Assembly: GCA_002269645.1 (NCBI GenBank)
Contig: NIVC01002846.1
Location: 1 to 64,000, forward strand
DNA: 64,000 bases
Source of the DNA: Macrostomum lignano
Taxonomy: Eukaryota
Direction of reading: 5' to 3'
Below are positions 37,415 to 48,564 of the stretch, piece by piece. The notes under the pieces were generated by a model. It did not search any database, was not told where the DNA came from, and saw nothing but the letters and a program-made list of their open reading frames with translations. How positions within the stretch are numbered: position 1 is the stretch's first letter; each line of letters opens with the position of its first letter. Both the position numbers and the translations under genes were made by a program.

Positions 37415-40400
37415 TCACACGGCGGACACGTAATTGGCTGGCAGCATGCCAAACTCCCCAGTCCGCTCCACCCTGCCGTACATCCAGCCCTCGTCAATCG
37501 GATCGCCATTGGTGATCAGGTCCCCTTCGTTGAAGGACACCTCGTCTGTGTCGCTGGCGGCGTAGGCGTACAAGGCTCGGTAGCAGCGCTGCGGAGCGGG
37601 GGAGGGAACTCGTTACCCTGACTCCACACCCCCGGTAGCATCTGACTCCACACCCCCAATTACACCGGACTGCACACCCCCAATTACACCTGACTGCACA
37701 CCCCCAATTACACCTGACTGCACACCCCCAATTACACCTGACTGCACACCCCCAATTACACCGGACTGCACACCCCCAATTACACCTGACTGCACACCCC
37801 CAATTACACCGGACTGCACACCCCCAATTACACCTGACTGCACACCCCCAATTACACCTGACTGCACACCCCCAATTACACCTGACTGCACACCCCCAAT
37901 TACACCTGACTGCACACCCCCAATTACACCTGACTGCACACCCCCAATTACACCTGACTGCACACCCCCAATTACACCTGACTGCACACCCCCAATTACA
38001 CCGGACTGCACACCCCCAATTACACCGGACTGCACACCCCCAATTACACCTGACTGCACACCCCCAATTACACCTGACTGCACACCCCAATTACACCGGA
38101 CTGCACACCCCCAATTACACCTGACTGCACACCCCCAATTACACCGGACTGCACACCCCCAATTACACCGGACTGCACACCCCCAATTACACCGGACTGC
38201 ACACCCCCAATTACACCGGACTGCACACCCCCAATTACACCTGACTGCACACCCCCAATTACACCGGACTGCACACCCCCAATTACACCTGACTGCACAC
38301 CCCCACTTACACCGGACTGCACACCCCCAATTACACCGGACTGCACACCCCCAATTACACCTGACTGCACACCCCCAATTACACCGGACTGCACACCCCC
38401 AATTACACCTGACTGCACACCCCCACTTACACCTGACTGCACACCCCCACTTACACCGGACTGCACACCCCCAATTACACCTGACTCCACACGGCACACC
38501 CCCACTACACCTGACTCCACACCCTTAATCACATGAGTCCACAATCTCCTTTCTCGCTTGCAAAAGAATAACCGGCCTAGGAAAACGGCCTTGGCTCGCC
38601 AGGAATATTTAATATTTAATTCCAGTCTGTACTGCCGATATGACAGAAATTTTAATGCAATGCAGAGAAGCTGCTAACTAATTTCAATATCGAAACGAGT
38701 TTTCACATCCTAGATGGGTGACATCTTTAGTAGCTAAAAGATCTAAGTCAAATAAAAACCAAAACATGCATCTGAAAATCTTGTACTCATACGTACCCCC
38801 CGATCTGAAACAGCAGCTGCTTTGGGCTGCTGCTGCTGTTGATACTGCGGCTGTTGCTGGTACTGGGGCTGCTGCTGGTGCTGCGGCTGTTGCTGGTACT
38901 GGGGCTGCTGCTGGTGCTGCGGCTGTTGCTGGTACTGGGGCTGCTGCTGGTGCTGCGGCTGTTGCTTGTACTGAGGTTGCTGCTGGTGCTGCGGCTGTTG
39001 CTTGTACTGAGGTTGCTGCTGGTACTGCGGCTGCTGCTGGTACTGAGGTTGCTGCTGGTACTGAGGTTGCTGCTGGTACTGCGGCTGTTGCTTGTACAGG
39101 GGTTGCTGCTGGTACTGCGGCTGTTGCTGGTACTGCGGCTGTTGCTGTTGCTGGTACTGCGACTGTTGCTGCTGCCGCTGCTGCTGATACTGTTGGTACT
39201 GAGGCGGCTGCTGAATCTGTGGCTGCCGCTTCTCAGCAGCGGACGTGTACGACACCCCTCCGATGCTGTGCGGGTTGAACCCGCCAGAGCCCACGCCGCC
39301 AGCCTGCCGTTGCTGCTGCGGCTCCCAGCCGTCGTTGTTGGCCGTTTCGGCCGCCTTGGCGCCGCGGGCTTTTTCGAAGTCCTCGTGGTACTTTACCTGT
39401 GTGGCGCGGCGACCGATTTAATGAGGAACTTCAGGTTAATGAGACTGACACTTGATAGACTTCCGGTGGGTGAAACTGACACTTAATAGACTTCTGGTGG
39501 GTGAGACTGACACTTGAGAAACATCCAGTGGGTGAGACTGACACTTGAGGAACATCCGGTGGGTGAGACTGACACTTGAGGAACATCCAGTGGGTGAGAC
39601 TGACACTTGAGGAACATCCAGTGGGTGAGACTGACACTTGAGGAACATCCGGTGGGTGAGACTGACACTTGAGGAACATCCGGTGGGTGAGACTGACACT
39701 TGAGGAACATCCAGTGGGTGAGACTGACACTTGAGGAACATCCAGTGGGTGAGACTGACACTTGAGGAACATCCAGTGGGTGAGACTGACACTTGAGGAA
39801 CATCCGGTGGGTGAGACTGACACTTGAGGAATATCCGGTGGGTGAGACTGACACTTGAGGAACATCCAGTGGGTGAGACTGACACTTGAGGAACATCCAG
39901 TGGGTGAGACTGACACTTGAGGAACATCCAGTGGGTGAGACTGACACTTGAGGAACATCCAGTGGGTGAGACTGACACTTGAGGAACATCCAGTGGGTGA
40001 GACTGACACTTGAGGAACATCCGGTGGGTGAGACTGACACTTGAGGAACATCCGGTGGGTGAGACTGACACTTGAGGAACATCCAGTGGGTGAGACTGAC
40101 ACTTGAGGAACATCCGGTGGGTGAGACTGACACTTGAGGAACATCCGGTGGGTGAGACTGACACTTGAGGAACATCCGGTTGGTGAGACTGACACTTAAG
40201 TAACTTCCGGTGGGTGAGACTGACACTTGAGGAACATCCGGTGGGTGAGACTGACACTTAAGTGACTTCCGGTGGGTGAGACTGACACTTGAGGAACATC
40301 CGGTTGGTGAGACTGACACTTGAGGAACATCCGGTTGGTGAGACTGACACTTAAGTGACTTCCGGTGGGTGAGACTGACACTTGAGGAACATCCGGTGGG

Positions 40401-43400
40401 TGAGACTGACACTTAAGTGACTTCCGGTGGGTGAGACTGACACTTGAGGAACATCCGGTGGGTGAGACTGACACTTGAGGAACATCCGGTGGGTGAGACT
40501 GACACTTGAGGAACATCCGGTGGGTGAATCTAGCTGACACTGCGGGGCAGTGATGTCAGGGACACATTGCTGGGTTTACTTACATTAGACACCACCTGCG
40601 CATTTTGGCGATGGCGGAGACTTTCCGGATCGTCAGTCACCGCCGTGTAACGACCTTTAGCCTTCTCAAAGTCGCTGTGGTATTGCACCTGCAAATTCAT
40701 ATCACCCCTATAGTAACTAAAAGTTATTCAATCTAGAAAGCTTTGACAACTACTAAAATGCAACTTACATTGCTAATAACAGCCGTGTTCTGTTTAACTC
40801 TCTGCATCTCTGGGTTGTCGCTCACAAAAGTGTAGGTCTTCGGCTGTGGATAGTGACTGCGGGAAAATTCATGTGTATCACAGGTTGTATTGTAATAGAA
40901 TTGTAAAAATAAAGGAGCATAAAAAAGACTCAATTTTATTTTTAGACTCACGCTCCGCAGTAGGGTTTCTTCTCAAAGCCTTTGTAGTTCTTCATGTTGA
41001 GGGTCATGCCACACACCTGGCATTTGAAACAGCCCTTGTGCCAGACCTGTGCATCAATAGATAAACATTATTGGTTATATTTGGCATAATTAGGAAAAAA
41101 AGTTAAATATTGTACATATTGTAACACATTATATATATTATTATACATATTATAACAATATAGAATAATTATTGATTAGACCTATGAAGTACACCTGCCC
41201 TAATAGGCAGATATGCAATTAATAGGTCAGTTGCAGCATTTATGTGGCATATCTAAAGGCTGCATATGGCTATTTAGCCCCTACACACCCTCAATTACCC
41301 TTACCCAACCCTAGCTAATGCTAATAGCTATTCTATAGCTGGGGACTGAAGCAATGCAGGGTTAAGGGCATCATTGTTCAAGGACACAAAATGTTCCAAA
41401 ATGAGTTAAGAAATGAGAATTTAACCCATAACCTTTTAGCTGACTTTAAAACTCCATCCACTAGGCTTTAACCCTTTTATATAAAGATTATGTATAGCAA
41501 GAAAAATATGTTTCAAGATAGTTATAGACATTAGAAATGATTAAAGACTAAAGTAGTAAAAAGTTAATAAAATGTTTAATACCAATTAATTGATGATAGG
41601 CCTGATCCTTGATCTTCATGTCTCTATTTTGCTAATGTATTTTATAGGCTAAGCAATAATTTTGGAAAAAAATGTTTCAACAAATAATGCATTGGCAATA
41701 TATATAATGTTTTGTCAAAATCATTTTCTAGGGCTGTACATTTTTAAGCCACAATGTTATACATTTAAAAAAATCAAGTGACTATAATGCCAATATTTAT
41801 AATATATATTTTATGTTTGTTTAATTTTTTGTCATTTTAATTAGTAAGGTAAAAGTTAACACCACACTTAGAGACACAGCGGCCATGTCTCTAATAGTGA
41901 CTAGGTCCATACTTATACTATCACTAAGGACACCTAAGTACTATTGATCAAAGAGCTGCTGCCTTTGCAGCTTTGCTTTGCTGTGGATTGGAAAAATCAA
42001 TCATTAGAGAAATTGTAACATCAACGAATTAACAGAATCTCATTTTCAGAATCTGCCTACAATGTCAACAAATAATTTGGCATAATTGAAGAGTGTATAA
42101 CAAGATTTTGTTTGCCATTAATAAACACTCGAGTTTGCAGTGGAGGGTGGCAGCAAGTGTGCATGTAGTAAAACAAATGCCAACTTTGGTCAATCTTGGC
42201 AGGTTTGGACAAGGGGGGCAACAATGGGGGAGTGGGCAAAAATTGAGCATTGAGATAAACAGGCGAGGCTAAGCAGTTCAAAGCTGTAAAAATTAATTAG
42301 TTAGAGTAAAATAATTGTGAAATTGAGGTGCAACAAAAAACCAGTAGCATTGGGAGAGTGGGCAAAGCAAAGTGTCTGAAGAGCATCGCATTCAGCAGAG
42401 TAACTCAGCCAGTTATTTAGCATATTAGGAGAATGGGAGTGGCGAGCATGCAGAACAAAACTGAGTGTTAAATAAATATATATAATAAATATTTGGCAGC
42501 CATGTCTCTAATAGTGACTAGGTTCATACTTATAGACATAGCAGCCATGTCTATAATGCAGAAACTTATAGACATGATGGCATTATTAGAGACACAGCTG
42601 CTGTGTCAATGAAACTTTCATAGCAGCAGTGTTGTTAATATTGGATGGGTTCACACTTAGAAACAAAAGTGGATGGCCATGTTATTAATATTAAATGGTT
42701 TTGCACTTAGAAACATGGTGGGTGGCTGTGTTGTTAATATTGAATGGGTTTGAACTTAGAGACACAATGGATGGCCATGTTAATATTGAATGGGTTTGCA
42801 CTTAGAGACACAATGGATGGCCATGTTAATATTGAATAGGTTTGCACTTAGAGACACAATGGATGGCCATGTTAATATTGAATAGGTTCACACTTAGAGA
42901 CACAATGGATGGCCATGTTAATATTGAATGGGTTTGCACTTAGAGACACAATGGATGGCCATGTTAATATTGAATAGGTTTGCACTTAGAGACACAATGG
43001 ATGGCCATGTTAATATTGAATAGGTTCACACTTAGAGACACAATGGATGGCCATGTTAATATTGAATAGGTTTGCACTTAGAGACACAATGGATGGCCAT
43101 GTTAATATTGAATAGGTTTGCACTTAGAGACACAATGGATGGCCATGTTAATATTGAATAGGTTTGCACTTAGAGACACAATGGATGGCCATGTTAATAT
43201 TGAATAGGTTCACACTTAGAGACACAATGGATGGCCATGTTAATATTGAATAGGTTTGCACTTAGAGACACAATGGATGGCCATGTTAATATTGAATAGG
43301 TTCACACTTAGAGACACAATGGATAGACATATTAATATTGAATTGGTTCACACTTAGAGACACAATGGATGGCCATGTTAATATTGAATGGGTTTGCACT

Positions 43401-45849
43401 TGGAGACACAATGGATGGGCAGGATGGCCATGTTAATATTGAATGGATTTGCACTCAGAGACATGGTGGGTGGCCATGTTAATAATATTGGAACTTATAC
43501 TATAGGCATAGCTATCATGTATATAATCATCAATATAAAATGTGTGTTCTGTAGGGCTCTTTCATATGCAAATTGTGGCTTAGTGGATAAGTTAATTGCC
43601 TTGTGATTGCATGAAAAGGTTTGAATCTCAATTGGTTAGAGTTTAAAAATTTTAAATTTCTTAAAATTAAATTAATTTATTTTTTTAAGAATAACACTAA
43701 ATCTTAAAGTGTGGCCACAATTATATATATATAGCTACAAAAAAGAAATTTTTTTCAATATATATTGGCCACACTTTGTCATGAGTTAAACATTATACAG
43801 CCTTACTAAAGCTAGTGACATTTGTAGTGACATTTCCTACCTAACAAGGCAATAACTAAACTAAATATAGCCCAATAAGCTTTCTTAGTACATAATATTA
43901 AGGCTAAATAAATAAACAATTAAAACACAATACCTATTGTCCCATCTTATAAATGACAAGGAAGGCTAGTAATGGGGTAGGCACTAGCTACCCTCATACC
44001 CTTGGCTTTAATAAAGCTATATAATATTTAACTCATGACAAAGTGCAATCAATATGTATTGAAAAAAAATTATTTCTTTTCAATAGCTACATATATATAT
44101 TGGGCCACACTTTAAGACTTAGTGTTACTCTTAAAAATTTAATTTAATTTGTTATTTTATCTTAATTAAAAAAACTTAAACAGTTCAAGATGCAAAAATT
44201 TCTATTCACTAAAAAAATTTCAAACTAATAAAAAAACTAACCACTTGAGAATTGAACCTTTTTACATGCAATCACAAGGCATTGACTTATCCACTTAGCT
44301 ACCATACATGCGCAACCTTGTGAATCACTCGGCTGTTTCTACTGGCAACACACACATGTAAGTCGCTATTGGCTGAGAGCAGTCACGTGACTACTATTCC
44401 ATCCAATAGCAACTTATATGTGTATGTTGCCAATGAAATGGCTGGGTGAATCCCTAGGTTATGCTCAAGTATGTTAGCTACCATTGGCTTGTTAGAGAGC
44501 CCTATAGAAAATGCATTTTATATCAATGATCCATACTCAGGAATTTTCCCGCGTGCGCAAGCCACACTAAAATTTTGGCATGCAAAGTTGGCGTGCAAAT
44601 AGGGGTCTCAAGCCACGCCTAAATTTTCAGCGTACAAGTTTTTTACTTGGCGTGTAACCTTGGCGTGCAATTACAAACTGACAGTATATCAACAAGTCAG
44701 ATATAGATGTATACACTATATATATACAATATATAAAGTTAAACGTGAACAATTGAATTTGAATATTGATTAAACCAACTAGTTGAGGCTACAGCCTAGC
44801 CTACAGCCAGGCCTACACTCTACAGCCTACATTAAAATTAAAATATCCAATAACTTCTAAACACTCTTATTTTGTGACTCTTGTAGACTTTTAGTTTATT
44901 TGTTTCTTGAAATGTGAAGAAAAAGTTTTTGATACTCACTATGTTCTTTGTAGCGAATTTCCTTTTTTATATAAACTTTGTTTAACGTAAATAGAAAATT
45001 TATTTAAAAATAGTATCTAATACGGTTAATATTCAAATCAAGAATGCAAATACAATTTTTGGCGTACATGATTTTTGGTATTCAAGATTTTTGGCATGCA
45101 ACAGAAACGTCATGTTAAGGGTTTTAAAAAATTGGCGTACATTGGCGTGCACCAAGGATTTTTCCATAAATTGATTCCTGTGTGCACTTGCCACCTTCCT
45201 GACTATGGTCAATGATTATAACCATGCCTATAAGCTCAAATATTATAGACATGGCTGCCATGCCTATAAGTTCTAATATTAAAGACATGACTACTATGTC
45301 TATAAGCTCTATACTTATAGACATGGCCACAATGCCTATAAGTACTCCAAAAAGTTATTTGTTTGTAAAAGTAAAAGTAAATAAAAGATAAAAAATAAAA
45401 AGTTAAAGATAAAATTTTGTTGCACAATCTGTCAATTATATTTTTAGCTTAATTGCAAAATTTATAATATTTTTCTATAATTTTTCCATCCTAGCCTAGC
45501 ATTATCTTAAAATTATAAAAATAGTCATTGGCAAAAATGCTTAGCAAAATTTAGCAAACTAAAAGACACTTGCCAAAATTAATCAGTCAGTTGCCAGTCA
45601 TTAGGCCTAGTTTTGATAACCAAACTATTGTGGGGAGTATTATATTAGTAATGATATTGAATATTGTCATTGACATCAGTATTAATATGATTAAAACAAT
45701 ATTATCTTAAATTTTAAAACATTCCTAATGTTTTTGCATTTGATTAGTATAATACAAATATTAAAACAAATTTAACCAACCTGATCCAAGCATTTTAGCT
45801 GTTCAATAGGATACACTACTTTATCACACCCAGCACACCTTTTGTCCAT
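37415..45849 (-). CDS. LASP1: LIM and SH3 domain protein (LASP), ~376 aa; complement(join(37415..37588,38797..39396,40584..40688,40769..40856,40952..41046,45781..45849))
   Basis: LIM domain [23 protein letters not shown]|[32 protein letters not shown]|HYP. Nebulin repeats [19 protein letters not shown]|[12 protein letters not shown]...|[10 protein letters not shown]-rich linker. SH3 [21 protein letters not shown]...[21 protein letters not shown]. All junctions are GT-AG and in phase. Confidence 0.93.
37620..38520. repeat. 24-bp minisatellite (ctgactgcacacccccaattacac)n in the last LASP intron
   Basis: About 37 units with cctg/ccgg variants. Confidence 0.95.
39440..40527. repeat. 31-bp minisatellite (ggtgggtgagactgacacttgaggaacatcc)n in LASP intron 4
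   Basis: About 35 units with ccgg/ccag variants. It fills nearly the whole intron 39397-40583. Confidence 0.95.
41290..41470 (-). mobile_element. Degenerate tRNA-derived SINE
   Basis: The minus strand has an A-box-like agcctagtgg and a B-box-like gggttaaattc. These are followed by gtgtccttgaacaatgatgcccttaaccctgcattgc, which resembles the conserved central domain of metazoan V/Meta-type SINEs (from recollection, not aligned). Confidence 0.45.
42640..43485. repeat. 46-bp CpG-free minisatellite (cacttagagacacaatggatggccatgttaatattgaataggtttg)n in LASP intron 1
   Basis: About 13 well-conserved units plus degenerate flanking units. Confidence 0.93.
43524..44530. mobile_element. Foldback element with an inserted small palindromic MITE (~44318-44465)
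   Basis: 43524-43815 is inverted relative to 44000-44300 plus 44490-44530 (e.g. ccttgtgattgcatg / catgcaatcacaagg, gtcatgagttaaa / tttaactcatgac). The right arm is interrupted by a ~150-bp palindrome. Confidence 0.65.
44558..45180. mobile_element. MITE-like repeat rich in ggcgt(a/g)c motifs, related to ~1735-2120
   Basis: Ends caggaat / attcctg. Both loci open with ggaattttcc and carry repeated ttggcgtac/ttggcgtgc motifs. Confidence 0.45.
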
Positions 45850-48564
45850 AACAAAACTTTGTGTTTAATCAATCAATAAAAAATAATTGCAAAACTGAAA
45901 ATAAGCAACAAAAAGCAAAACTGTAGCCACAACAGCACAGCACAGTGAACAGCTTAGTATGCAACAGACATTAGGAGACTAAAACAAGTCGTAAGCTAAA
46001 CTAGAACTTTTATGTATAAGCTAAATTGTTAATTGAAGGGCAGGAAGTCAAATCAACCCTCTATCTATAGCATGCAGCAGAAACGTAAAAATGTATGCAA
46101 ATAGCAGAGAGCTTAGTTTAGGCAGCAGGAATAATTAATTAATTCTAGGTTGGGTTGGCCAACGTCCTTAAGATCGAAATAATGTAGGTGTGGTCAAAGC
46201 CCCGCCCTTTTCTAAGATTTATAATAGTAAAACAAAAAGGTGACTTTTGGGTCGATACATTTGATCGTAATCAAACACAATTATTGATGCATCCAATTTT
46301 ATAATGCTCAAAAAACAGTATTTATGCACCAGTAAACGTTGGGAACGTTTTCAATTGCGACTATTTATTTTAACCACTTGAAAGAACAATATTTCATGGC
46401 ATGTGATGAGCCACACAACCACCGAGCTTACACTTACACATCGGTGCCTTCGAGATCGAAATGAGTACTTAAGGACCACTAAAAGTTGCCGTTGAAACAC
46501 CGTTAATTTAGTTATTCCTGTGAGTGAGCATGCAGTTAGCTGCTGGTAACAAATTTCCCAAGAATTTTATCAGAATTTTCCTGATCCTACTAGAAGGTGC
46601 TTCTTGTTGTGTACGTATTGCAAAGGCATGCAATGCGTAGGGATAGTTCGGGGACAGCGTTTCAAGAAACTTCCACCGCGGACTTGTTTACGCATAGTTC
46701 CAGAAGTTTCCTCCCCCGGTCTTTCTAGAACTTTCCTTCCCCGCGTGTATAAATATACGAGCCGCCCTCCTATTGGCCAAACCCTCTTTTGGTGCCACTG
46801 GGCGCCCGGATAATTATCTATCTAGTTTCTGCGTTCGTTAATTCAACAACAGAACACTTCTAACATGGTAATTTGCATTCACCATCCAGTATCATAGAAT
46901 AATTAGATGATTGATATACAATATGTTGGGAAAATCTATGGTAAAAGTTAAATGCACGTACGTGTAGTGTTATGTACATATACATGCATGAAAATATTAC
47001 AAATTGCACGTGACATGTACGTGCAATTTAGTTCATGTAGTTCATGGCCTACAAAATTTATAGGACATGTAGTAAACACGTACACACAACATATGTTTCA
47101 GTTTTACATGTTGAAAAAATTCCTATCACCTCATCATCAAATGAATTAGGCCACATATTTAAAATGATCGCACGTAACGGCTTGCAGATATTTTTTGTCG
47201 CTTCGTGAGATGTGCATGGTTTTATAGTGCGTTGTGACGATAGCCATACGTGCGTACGAGAGAATAATCAAGAATGCAATGACGAAGAGAACCCGCGGCG
47301 ATTGATAAGTCTGAATGGAGTTGGTAATGCATGGGCGCTGTCACGCAAAGAGAACCATTTTTTCTAACGAATACGGTACAATTCTTTAAAAATTCTTTCA
47401 AGAAACAATGTACATGTGTAAACATCGCCTTACACATACAGTTTGCATACTTCTGACACAGCTCTCACGTAGCAGTTCATTGCCGTTTACTCTTGGGTTG
47501 TACGGCAAAAGTACGATCGTACATGTAGTATTTTGTATGTAGATATGGATTGATCTCCGGTACACTTAAATTGCTCCCCTAGCTCTTTGCTATTGTGTCC
47601 TAGCTTTTGTCCTCTGCCTATATCAGCTGTAATAAAAAGTGAGACTAAAGGCATTACTCGACAAGAGCAGACCGCAGTTGTGATCAATATACATGTAGCC
47701 TTATTAGTAGAGCTGTAAAAATTGAGCGAGGCTTGCAATTGTATTTTTTATAAAATTCACAACTCTCAGCACGATTCCTATAAAATTATAGGATATGGAG
47801 TAGTTCTTTGACTGCACTGCACTGCACTGCATCCATAACTCATTTGCTAGTGAAAACTTTATTTGAAAAGGCCCATTCTTCCTCGAAATGCATTAATGAG
47901 GCGTACGCTGCTTGAGAGCTCTTGCTTTATACTTTAGATAATATCGAGGCTCGTCGATTAGTCTAAAAAGCAGATCGGATTCCTAATCTTGATAATGCAT
48001 TCCAAATCAAAAATAGGTCTCATATCGGCTGCTGGTTTCTCATATTAAGAGTGACATGCTGGTCCTTGGTGGAAGCTGCACTCTCAGTGTGGTTACAGTG
48101 CATGTATGTCAGAAAGTAAATCGTTGGAATTCTACACTCAGATAAAACACATTTGTTAGAGGAAATGGAAAATAAACAATGTTCAAAAGGAGATTAAAAA
48201 CGAAGGGAAAAAGGTTAGTAAAACAAATTAAAAGCCGCACAATCCAGTGTGTTACGCTGAAGAAAAATTTCGTTTTCAAGTCAACGACGAGTACATTGTA
48301 CGCTAATTGAGCCGCTGTAAAACAAATACACGTGATGCTAAATGTATCAGACCCGAGATGCAATGTATAACTATTTGTTATGGTCATCATGCTATGTAAG
48401 CCTGTAGTATTTCAGAATTTTTTCTTGACTACGAGCGTAAAATATATATACAACAAACTTGGTTAGCCTGGATGTCCCATTAGCCTACGATAGCTTCGTG
48501 CCTGCAAGCCTCGCTGATCTTCGTAATTTCACACCTTGCTTTCTCGGCATCATTATTCACTCCT

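Noticed and set aside
36395-40540. Long repetitive ORFs ([32 protein letters not shown])
   Set aside because: These are translations of intronic or downstream minisatellites that are open in several frames; the real LASP exons splice around them.
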